This document shows, piece by piece, positions 52,909-64,000 of a stretch of DNA of 64,000 bases. Where the stretch lies: the NCBI GenBank assembly GCA_963924565.1, contig OZ004613.1, positions 9,548,001 through 9,612,000 of the forward strand, read 5' to 3'. A program made the translations under genes and the position numbers. Within the stretch, counting starts at the first letter, position 1, and the number at the start of each line of letters is the position of its first letter. Under the pieces are notes generated by a model that saw only the letters and a program-made list of their open reading frames with translations, did not search any database and had not been told where the DNA came from. This DNA is from Ascidiella aspersa. Lineage: Eukaryota.

Positions 52909-55900
52909 TCATGGGCCTGCAAATGCATTGGTTAAAAGTTCTAGCGAAGTTCTTTCAGCACATGAAGGTAATTTGGTCAGTGTTTGTAATGCAATGTCTT
53001 TGTGAAGTTTTCTTGTTTCGTCAGCTTGCGAAAGAATTACCTTGTTTTGTCGGAGATTTTCCAGCAGCTGAAATGGAAGCATAAACATAGTCACAAACTG
53101 GGCTATGGAGTTAGATCATAAAGGACTGACTACCCAGAAAGTACTGAGTCCAACAAGTGCATTACCAAATTTTGAAACGGCCGCCAACTGTAAATTGTAA
53201 AAAGGTAATAGCAAGTGATGGAATATTTTCCAACCATGTAATGTTTGTGAATGAATTATGGGACACCACTATAAGTGAATTGCTCACCATTCACCTTATT
53301 TTAATAACGCGAATGGGTGAAATACAGGCAGTAGAGTCAAATCTGGACTCAATATTTTTGGCAAAATTTCAAATTTGGCGGAGTTTGACTCAGGTTATTT
53401 TTAACCGACTTGAACTTGAGTTATATTTATCCGACTCTGCATGATTGGTCACATTTACAATCGTTAAATCTGTTAAATTTGTCTTTAATAAGTTTTACCG
53501 TTTAAATCAAGCATAGTAGAAAAATAAACCTAATATATTCACTTGATACATAAACTTTTGGCATGTTAAAAATTAATGAATAATCAATTTCTCAAACACT
53601 AAAAATTTATGGTTAATAGACCATTTTATATATAAAGTATAAATCAAAATGTTTTTGTCGGCTTTGTTCATTGGTAGAAAATAACTAATAAAATATATAT
53701 ATGAAAAAAGTATGAAGTTTAATGGTTTTTAACCTCTTCCTTCAAAACACAAAAATTTCCATCCTTTTCAGTTACAAATTGCTTTATCCAATTAAGTCCA
53801 CCATTGGCCTCTGCAGCAAGCACTGCAGGCAAAGTACAAATTTCTGACAAAAAACTTTGATTAGGCCCATTGTGCTTATCACCGTTGCCATTTTTGACTC
53901 TTTGAATATCAAAGTTGGCCTGAATAGTCAAAAAAAATTATAAGTATTTCTCCTTAACTACCAGTAAATGATTTAAAGATGACTAATTAATTTAAAGTCA
54001 TTTAACAAACTCAACATAAACTGAGAAGATTGTGTTTAGTTTTCATAACAGAAAATCTAGCAAATAAAATAAAGGTTGGGTTAATTATACAAACGTTTAC
54101 AGAAATATCATAAAACTGGTATTCATTAGACAAAACCATTTGAACAATTAAGAAGAGCATTTCTTTAAATAAAAGACAAAATCTTTTTTCGCACTTATCA
54201 ACCATTAGACTATTAAATCGAAAAGTATATCTTAGTACATACATAAATTTAAATTTTAGAAGGGCAATTAGTATTGTCATATTTAGCAAACAACTTCGAG
54301 CATCGCTGTGAAAAACAAAAGTCGGTTTATGGCTGTGATAAACAAGAAAGTCTTGCATTGATAAAAATATTATCTCAATACAAACCTGCTTGGCCAACAT
54401 CATGTGTTTTCCAAACAGGAAAGAAATTTCTCCATAATTTTCTGATCTTTCTGCAAGTTCAACAGTTGCCCGACAGGCCTGTACACAATTAAATATATAA
54501 ATACAAGTTAAAAAAAATAAATTTATTCCAGTTATTTTTTTAAGTAAGATAAAACAATAATTATTAAGCAATAAAATAATAAGAAAAGCTTTGTTTAGGG
54601 GAAAAACAACTTACATTTGATAAAAGACTGCCTTGGACAAGGTGAGTAAAGTGCTTCCAAGATTCCAAGTTTGCCGGAAGGTCTTCAATCGAGGAGATGC
54701 GAGAAAATTCCCCGTTCTCCGGCAGGACAAACAAGCCGTGCGACATGTCACGTATGGAGGAGGACATCAACTCAACAACCTGAACAAAATGCCAAACTTG
54801 GTATCAGAAATTTAATTATTGTAGCACTTTTGTGTTGACTAATGCGTTGAAGAACGGGTGGCACCGTTTAAAGCGGCTACATCCTTTTCTGGGGAGGATA
54901 GCACTTGGTGTGAATTTTGCAGTCTCTGTTTTCTCAGCGCTGCATGATTTTGGTGTACGATTTTGTTTTGTATTGCATAATTATTGCATTGTGAATCGTT
55001 GGGTGGATACCACAAGAAGTGAACGCATTTTAAGGACTGCTTGCAGTCTCTGAGAGAGACCAGTTGTAGCCTAATGCAAGCACTTGGTGTGCAACTGTGC
55101 ATGTGTGTTTGCCTTATACTGATTGTCATACTGTAAGAATAAATGTCTTGCTCAAAAATGTAAAGTCAATCCTTATTCTTAGGTGCTACTTAGGGGATCG
55201 TGTCTGGAACTAGTCTGCAACAGTGGTTAACTTCAAGAGGTGTGTAAACAGCAATTCGGCATTAGGTTTTGTACTTGAATACGAAGTGCAGGACTTTCTT
55301 GCGCTTTAGCAAGCTGATAGTTTGGGGCTTTGGGCAATACGTAAATGTCACCAATCGCTCAAAATGAAATTGCAGTTGATAACAAAACAAACCTTAGAGT
55401 TGCCAAGTTCAGACAAAGCGACGCATGCGTTAGCCAACAAGTAATCGCCACTGAGCACGGCCATTTTGTTGCCAAGCTCCATTTCCGATCTGGAGTTTTT
55501 GTTTTCCACTTTTAGGAGGGTTTCAATGTCGACAAGACCACGATGAATCAGAAACGCAGTGTGAATCAGCTCAGTCAGTTCGGCCAATGATCTCTGCCTA
55601 TAACAAAAATTAGAAATATTGCTGATTAAATAGCTGCATACTTGTGTTTCCATATAAAAAACTTGAAGATGAGTAATACAATTTGGTATGTGCGATACTT
55701 GACATTTTAATCTGATACCAATGATGTCATTTCTATGCTTCAACAAACAAAATAGATTAAATTTAAAAAAAATTAAAACAAAATTTTCCAGTATATTAGG
55801 CCAAAATTTTCCTTACTGTTAAATGTTTAATTGTTAACCTGTATTTTTTGATGTGTTTACCTTTGAAGAGAGAAATTGCCACAATTCTATATTACTGGAA

Positions 55901-57345
55901 ATCCCTAAATCGAACCATAAAAAAAAAAACATGAAAACAAAGTCACCAGCAGAGATGGATCAAGGGGGTATTCAGGCTGATGTCTCCCCCAAACTATATT
56001 TTGTCAATTTTTTTTGGTAAATAAAAAAAATTGCACCCACAATATGTTTTAAGGAAATCTGTTCAGTCCAAAGATGCAATGGATTCTACAGCATCTTATG
56101 TTGTGTAAACTTCACAAAGTGCAATTTTTGTTAATTTATACGAACGCTATCATTTAAGAAAACATGTTTATCTCTTTTATGTGCCTAATTGCGTTTACCT
56201 ATTTAAATTGAAAAGTTCTGCCAATTTAAACCAACTAAATACATTTTTCGTGATTCGCAAGATAAGACTGATTTAGGCTGCAATTTGCGCACAACTTTAA
56301 TGAGAAAATTTGTTTTTAAGATTTATTGTTTTATGATGCATCCGTAAAAAATTCCTAAGAAAAATCGTGGATCTGTTCCCGGTCACAAGATTACCTGCTG
56401 TAAGTTTCACTTGCTTCTAAGCCTCCATCTTTTGCAGAAATTACTTTAGACAGAAGCAGGACAACCAAGCCACGCACTTGTACATTATGCTTTGCATCGA
56501 ACAGCATGCCCCTACAAATGCAACACAAACCAAAATTAAAGCAGATTTTTGTAAAGCAATTAAAACTGAAATCTGTTGGTTTATAGTAAACTAAATATAA
56601 ATAGTGCAATTAAGAAAATTTAGAAAAATGCTACTAAAAATAAGTTAGAAAGACTTTTCAAGAAACACATTACAGATATACCAAAAGTGTTTAAATCATT
56701 TTAAATCTTAATATTTAAACAATCCACCTTTAAGCATAAAAAATAGAGGTCTTTGCAATTAAGACTCACTTTAAAATATATATATATATATATATATATA
56801 TACAGTATAACAGTATGCATATACCTTGCAGTTTTAATGAGTGGATGGTTAGTACGCACAAGCTTTCTTAAGTGCAGGGCAACTGCACTCAGTTCATTGC
56901 TCAACAGTGCACGAAGACTAAGAAACGAGGTTGGGAAGCCTACTATCTTCTCGGCATCATAAACAGCTTTATTAATGGCCTGGTTTGAATCCTTGCTCAG
57001 ACCATTTACTGTTGCTTGTAAAGAGGTGGACTGGTGCAGACAACGAGTTCCCAGCAAGCCTGTAAATAAAAACAAATTGTCTATAAAAGCAAAAATAATT
57101 AACTGAAATTGAAGATCATAAAAACATAATTTAGCTGCTATTAAATGAATAACTATCATTGTTACTTTAAATGTTAAGTGAGCTTAATATACATGCTAAT
57201 TTACTTTTAATAAATTTTATACTTCGTTACGTTACAGATTTATTACTAGTGATTAGCAAACAATTATTTCGGCAACAAACCTTTAAAAATGTCAACAATG
57301 CAACTTACGTAAACACTTCTTTGCAGGTTGGATAAAAACACTCAT
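52909..57345 (-). CDS. PDSS2: Decaprenyl/polyprenyl-diphosphate synthase subunit 2, 8 exons, 398 aa
   Basis: Exons 57345-57309, 57059-56825, 56511-56395, 55597-55393, 54779-54615, 54478-54386, 53919-53734, 53067-52909. Motifs [44 protein letters not shown] (HRG replaces DDxxD, diagnostic of subunit 2) and [17 protein letters not shown]. Presequence [18 protein letters not shown]. Confidence 0.94.
56777..56801. repeat. (TA)n microsatellite
   Basis: Uninterrupted TA run in PDSS2 intron 2. Confidence 0.9.
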
Positions 57346-60329
57346 GCTGTTGTACGTTTCTTTGTGTTGTATATTTAAATTAAAACATGTTTTCCGCCTA
57401 AGTAAGCAAAAGCAAGGAACATAAAAACCATGATATCAAAAAGGCGTCAGAGCAACACTGAAGTACAAGATAAGCAAGCCCTATATAAAAGAACGCTATA
57501 TGCAAGGCAGTATTTTTTTGCGTCTGTCTTCAATGGAAAACGTTTCTACTTCGGGAAATTCCCTGCTTAAATGTACAGTTCTAGCGGTGGCAAAAACTAA
57601 ATTTGCAAAACATGTACGTCCAATTCCAATATGTCGTTAGTCCAATAAAACTAGTGTTAAAACGTATAAACACTTAATAATTTACCTATGAGCAACGAAT
57701 CTATTTTTCTTTTAACAATAGAAATTGGAATGTAGTAAATGTTTTTGAAGGGAAAGCTAGGGATGCTCGTCTTATCTTCTTGAGTCTTCTGGCGAAATTG
57801 CCTCACCATATTTTAACAAGTTTCCGTCCAACTTTTGAGTTTTTGCCACTTTTTTCAAAAATTGTTTCAAGTCACACCTGCAGCATTGTATCGCACAACT
57901 TGACTGACAAATGTATTTTATAACCCATATTATTTATCTGGTCTGAAGGTTATGGGTTTGTCATCATTAACCCTTTGAAAACTTCCATACTGTTAACTTA
58001 TTTGTTGCTCAACATTTTATCATAGTATCGATCGTTTTCACCTTATAATCCCATACTTAACTTTAACTCAAACCCATTAACACTAGTTACACATAACCTC
58101 ATGCCTAGCAATGGAAGTGATCATACTTCTTTTATTATATAGATAAAGAGGATCATTTGATTCATAGCTTTGACCCTTACACAGATTCCATCCTTGCAAT
58201 CCTGTACATTTTATAGGCAACCCTCAAACCCCAAGTATGTAAGTGATCTATTGCACAGAACTGAAAAAAATCAAATTGTGGTACGAATACTATATAAAGG
58301 TTTTCTTAAATATAATAGAGTAGAACAATTAACTTTAAACTTTTTTAACCAGAGTTAATTATTTACACTAGATTATAAAATTATAGCGTATTTTTTTAAG
58401 GTTTCATTAAATGCATGCAACTCGGGCCAATAGTATTGTATTGTAGTTGATATTTGATTCCAAATGGTTTTGTCAATACTTGTCCAATACTATGTTAAAT
58501 ATTGGTGCCAATCTGATACAAAACAAATATAGAAATTCAAGATATTTTGCACTTCAATGCAAAGTTTCTTTGTTAAAAGGTAAATTTATCATAAAATAGC
58601 AGGTTAATAACTTTGAATTTTGTCTATTTTGCTTCCTTGAGCATACTATTGACAGTATTGACACACATCAGGCATCCCTACATGCAACTGGGTATTACAA
58701 GCAAATCCTGGCCCCAGTGTTATAATACATGGAACATTTTTCATCACATATTGACAGATATTTATTGCCGTATCAATGAAGCCTTACAAGGGAATTTGTA
58801 ATATAATATTTTAAAAAGAAAGTTTCTTTTTATAATACAAGAGTTAGATCAAACTAATAATTTAATTTTTCGCTTTCAATGATTAAAAAAAATGATCTGG
58901 CAATATTTAAATCGATTAAGAAATTATCATCAGACCTACAATTTATTATAGCAAGGACCTGTGTTTGGACAGCCTTGTATAACACATGAAATAGACTTTC
59001 TATGAAAAATAGTTTTTACATTAAACAGGAATTCAGTTTCTTGCGACAAGTTAAGTCAGGTGTGCACACAATATGCAGTAAAAAAACTTGAATGTGCATC
59101 AGCCATTTAATATTTATTCTGCATTCTGTGGTAGGTGCACATCAGAGATTTTTTTCAGAACAAACATTTTTGCATAGCAAAATTAGTTAAACACATAATT
59201 CAATAGTTTAAAAATAAGGTTGGTTAGGATAAGACCTTCATCCTCCAAACAGGTGAAGAAAATTGCCGTGCATATAAGTCTGTTTGGTCTGTTAAAAAAA
59301 CTCAATGGTGCATTTGCCATTCTTTCTACAGTGGTAAATAATCACTTAACGTTTAGATAGTATTTATGCCTACAAACACTGGTCTGCATTCTGGACACCA
59401 ATCAGCAGCATTTCCTGGCACTTGCAGAACCAAATGTTGAGTTGTGCATGTGTGCAATTAAGGTTTTTTTCACACCTTAGGTTTGAAATCCTGCCATAAA
59501 TTAGCTTGTTTTTAAATTTAAGCGCACTATAAACCAATTCAGGTGTGCACATAACATTCTTTAAAAAAATATCGTGTGTGCACCTGCCAAGGAATGCTTA
59601 CTGGAGGGACAGGTGCTCACTAGAGGGACAGGTGATTTCTTTGAAAGCAGTTTGTGTGCACAATTGAAAGTGACACATAAATTCTACAAAAAGTTTGCTA
59701 GATTCTCAAACTTTATGTGTACAAAACCTTGATTGCACACCCGAGATCTCAGCATGAAATACAAACTGGCCACAACACAAAAAATATCGGAATTGGTCTT
59801 GAATCCTACCACAGCATTTAAACAATAATTAAATCAACGCACAATATTTTGTTTAGGGTTTCTGTTAGTGTTTTGCTTAAGCTACCCAAACGCTAGCCCA
59901 AATAGTGTTTGTTGTGGTGTGATTCTAGACCAGCTTCAAAACATCTTATTGCCAAAAACAAATTAATGTACCAAAACTATGCATAAAACAATAAAAATTA
60001 GGTTCGAGAATTCATTCATATCTAAGAATTTTACAATGACCTATCCTTGGATCTACCAAACTCTGTTGCTAAAATTATATAACAAATTTTGAATGTAAAA
60101 ACTGGGTTTTATTAACTCCTAAATATTTCCACAGGTACAGAAGCACAATTATGAATTACGCTACCCACAAACAAAAGTTTATCCAACAGTTAGTGGAAAT
60201 GTTTATCCAACAGTTAGTGGAAAATGCGTGAAAAAAAACGACAAATAACAATTGGATTAAATGCCCTTTAGCGAAAGACACGATATGCGCAATCTGTAAA
60301 CTGCACGGAAACGTTAGGGAGCACTAAGC

Positions 60330-60740
60330 TTAAAACCTCAGCTTTTGGAAGAACCACTTGTTCTTTCCGGTCTTGTATCGCTCCTCCAGCTTGGCTTTAA
60401 CTTCTCGCCTGGCCTTTCGTCGGCCGCTGGTATCACGGATTGCCTCCTTATTAACCACGGCCTTGTCGATTGGAACGTCGACGGAGTAGCGGGTGGGCAT
60501 CAAGTGGTTGTAGTTGACCACCTTGACAAAGGTCTTAACCTTGCTGCGCTTTTTCAGCTTCTTCTTTGACATGCGCTTGGTGACTTTTCGGGGGTACCGG
60601 TCGATTCCGGCCACCAGGGCGTGCCCGTAGGGTCGGTCGTGGGTCCCCTCGTCTTGGTTTTTGACGATGACGGCTTTGCGACCGGCGTAACGGCCCGCCA
60701 GGACCAGAACGACCTTGTTTGGCTTCATAAACTTGCCCAT
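60330..60740 (-). CDS. RPL27: 60S ribosomal protein L27 (eL27), intronless, 136 aa
   Basis: Complete [31 protein letters not shown]...[12 protein letters not shown]...[15 protein letters not shown] with strong GC3 codon bias. Confidence 0.98.
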   Translation of the reverse strand: MGKFMKPNKVVLVLAGRYAGRKAVIVKNQDEGTHDRPYGHALVAGIDRYPRKVTKRMSKKKLKKRSKVKTFVKVVNYNHLMPTRYSVDVPIDKAVVNKEAIRDTSGRRKARREVKAKLEERYKTGKNKWFFQKLRF

Positions 60741-60786
60741 TTTTTATAAAGTTCTGTGGCTCGACCGCTCAGCATGCCACACTCTC

Positions 60787-60797
60787 AGAAAAAAGAG
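60787..60797 (-). promoter_or_regulatory. 5' terminal oligopyrimidine (TOP/TCT) start of RPL27
   Basis: CTCTTTTTTCT starting 57 nt upstream of the RPL27 ATG, typical of ribosomal-protein transcription starts. Confidence 0.75.
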
Positions 60798-61235
60798 CGA
60801 CTCCTTGCGTTTCGCTCAGCCATCTTGTTTGCCAATTTATTTTTTTATTTGGGGAGTGATTATTATTATAAAAATACTTTATACTAGTTTTATAGGTTAA
60901 TAAGCAGTGAACTATAACAATGTAGTTTACAGCTATTTTAATAAGTAATTTTTATATAAAAAGGTTGCAAGACAAGGCCAATAAGTTCGGTAAACGAAAT
61001 TTGTTTGTTCAGTGCAAACTTTTATCACCACAGGTATTATGTAAAGAGCTGGACCTTTAATCACCAATATTTCCTCGATAATTTAATATATTAACTTTAT
61101 ATTAATTTTTGTTGAAAGAATCTTACTGGTTTGCTGAATCATACAATATTGTCTAAAATTTGTCGTGATTTGTAAAAATTTTTTTTAACCAGCAGCATGC
61201 TTGACCAGTGGCGCATAACGGAATGCAATTAGATT

Positions 61236-61249
61236 GTTGTCCAAGTAAC
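61236..61249 (+). promoter_or_regulatory. RFX X-box upstream of ciliary gene ARL6
   Basis: GTTGTC-CA-AGTAAC fits GTYNYC-N2-RGYAAC and lies 73 nt before the ATG of a BBS gene, a class known to be RFX-regulated. Confidence 0.65.
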
Positions 61250-61322
61250 AAAAATAAATACTGAAGCCAACTTTTAAGTTGATTCGCAAAGTTTTTGAAA
61301 ACACTGCATTCGAAAATAAAAT

Positions 61323-63751
61323 ATGGGCTTCATGAATCGACTATTCGGGTGGCTTCGTACCAAAAAGAAGGAGGCAAATGTTCTGTGCGTAGGTCTGGAT
61401 AACAGTGGCAAGACAACAATTATCAACAAACTAAAACCTGCCGAAGCCAGGAAACAAGACATTGTTCCAACCGTTGGTTTTAACGTTGAAAAGTTTGTGA
61501 CAACAAGGTATGGTGTTTTATTATGCATTTTTTATTTTGTAAAATATGTAAATTTAGATTGTAATAAGTAGACAAAAACACTTATAAGAACTATTTTCAT
61601 GCTAGACTAAAATACAGTATTTCTCAACCTTTTTCGTGGTTACCTAAATTCAAAGCTTAAGTATAACATAATAGTTTGACTGCCCCATTCTATTCACTGA
61701 ACTCTTTGTAAGTAAAACAAAACATTTTTTTTGTTTATTTGTAAACAGAACTTAAGACATAATTCTTGTAAGTAAAAATTTAATTAATTTGAGCACTTCA
61801 GTCTTTCACCGACAGTATTCTCAAATTTTGGAGCATCTTACTCAGAATCAGTCTCAACAAATTTAACCATGCGAACTACTACTGTAGGCCACCCAATATC
61901 AGGTCGCGCCCATAGGTTAAGAAACACTACACTAACACAACTTAAAATACACTATGAAATAAGTAAAACAAAAAAATAAAAAAATTGGGAAAACCCACAT
62001 ACCACCTTATACTACCCCCCATCTTGGAAATTTTGGATAATATGGGATTAAAGCAGTGTAAAACTGAACAGCTTTAAAGGTAACTTTCATAATTTTCTTG
62101 TTTATGAGAAGGGTTCTGTGTAGCACTGCATGCTTCACTTGAGTTTGTGCTGCTGAACTGATTTCATAACGGTTTATAAAATGAATGGTGGTGGCTTTGG
62201 AAAAAATTCCAACTGTGATCCTAAACTTTTCAACTTCAGCCTACCCTCCCATACTGTTTCGTTTTTTAATATGTAATGCATGGTCAAAAAAAATGTTTTT
62301 AACGTTTCTGTTCATTTAGGAAAACATCAGAAGTTATACACCCTCCATAGTGCAAGATATAGTAATAATTTACTTTAAGAAATTTGCATTCAAACTTAAA
62401 AGTTGGTTCGCAAATTATTTAACTGAACTTGATGTGTTCAATATTGTATTGTGCTGTCTTTGTTGTGTTCACCTGATAACCGATTTGTTTATATAAATAC
62501 CTGAGTTACAGTGCTAACTTTAATTAATTAAACATCTAATTATATTTGCATTCAGTTTTATACTCTTGTTTTGCACATAAACTTTAATAAATGATAAACA
62601 TACTCACAGTAAACAACTGCACTATGTTAAATCAGTCAGCCATGTAAATAAAGTGTATAACAATTTTAAATTAAAAAAATGCTATATATTGTTTTTGTGC
62701 TATCATATTGATAAAATTAACCTATACCAATAACCAGGACTGGAATATCAGACTAAATTATCGGTATGCGACATATCTCCAAATTAACATATGCTTATTT
62801 GCACAAGGGTTGTCAGCTAAATTGATTTTTTTGACATTTCACTATTTTGTACTGTTTATTTTATGTTGGGATAGTATTTATGAAACAACTTCTGGTTACT
62901 TTAATATTGTTAATTAGAGATGAAAAATCCAGCATCGGTTTGTATGTGATAACAGTCGATCTCTGTTGTTAATCTTCAATGTCCACTACTTAAAACTTGT
63001 ATTTCATTTATTCTTAATTTTACTATTACATTTCAGTTTTCTTTTTCCATTTCAGTTTATCTTTTACTGTGTTCGACATGTCGGGTCAGGGACGGTACCG
63101 AAACCTGTGGGAGCATTATTACAAGGAGACCCATGCTATAATTTTTGTGCTGGACAGCTCAGATGAACTTAGAATGGCTGTTGCAAAATCCGAACTAGAC
63201 CAGCTGCTTCAAAATACTAGTAAGAAGATGATGGTTTTGTAAAAATCTTAATCACATGTCCAGTACTAAACAAAATATTTGGTTTAGACTGTGATATGGT
63301 GGATTGATTGTAACTTTTGGAAAATACCTAAACATTAGTATACTATTAGTTCTTTTAAATTATTTGATTTAATTTTTCTCCTGGGTTTCCTATTATTTTC
63401 CTGCCAATATATCAATTTTTAGGGCAAAATTTTCTATGGCAGGTAATTATCTTAGGTATAGTTTATGATTAATACTGTTTTATGTAGCATTTCAACAGAC
63501 CCAGCTCATCACACAGATGACTAACAAACCAGATTTTTATGTGAAAGCAATTTTTATGAGATTTTTATGTGTTTTTATGTGGTTTCACTTTATGAATAAT
63601 TAATTTATATTATTGTTTTAGATATTGCTGCAAAACGAATCCCAATACTGCTATTTGCAAACAAGATGGATATGACTGGATCAATATCGTCTGTCAAATG
63701 CACACAGATGTTGGGCCTTGACAGCTTAAGAGAAAAGCCCTGGTTTATTTG
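61323..63751 (+). CDS. ARL6: ADP-ribosylation factor-like 6 (BBS3), 5' part; continues beyond the window
   Basis: Exons 61323-61507, 63056-63219, 63622-63751: MG...[69 protein letters not shown]. Confidence 0.95.
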
Positions 63752-64000
63752 GTATGTGGTTAATTAGAAAATTGCCTGTTTTGTATATTGTAAACAATTA
63801 AGAAATGCCAAGTTCTAGTAATTTAAATTACAAAGTACCTAAATGTATTGTAGAAATGTGAGTAAAATTGTGCACTACGGCAAAAGTAATAAATCTGTTT
63901 TTACAATAAATTGTATTTTTTTAGTATCAAATTGCCCAACAATAAGCATGTGTTATAAGTAGCATCAGGTTAAATGTATAACATTTTTGAAGTCGAACAA

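Overview
AT-rich, MITE-dense animal DNA with spliceosomal introns. The compact, operon-like gene spacing suggests an ascidian/tunicate, but that is an inference. Seven genes were reconstructed by hand. Plus strand: an intronless selenoprotein GPx4/PHGPx (in-frame UGA at 14192 plus a 3' SECIS), immediately followed by a 6-exon NIPSNAP3-like gene, and a partial ARL6/BBS3 at the right edge. Minus strand: an intronless RPL27 with a 5'TOP, then PDSS2 (8 exons), COQ3 (6 exons, one GC-AG intron) and TMEM94 (32 exons), with only 349 and 431 bp between their CDSs. The main result is two convergent, operon-like units: PDSS2-COQ3-TMEM94, which joins two ubiquinone-pathway enzymes, and GPx4-NIPSNAP. Together they place both arms of lipid-peroxidation defence in one locus. 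The first 12.5 kb is a stack of nested DNA transposons (hAT-type and P-element-like) with recognisable TIRs and TSDs. Other oddities include degenerate tandem copies of the TMEM94 C-terminus behind its stop, a D-to-N change in its P-type-ATPase-like motif, and CpG-decay domains visible in repeat copies. All exon models are manual; no transcript or database evidence was available.
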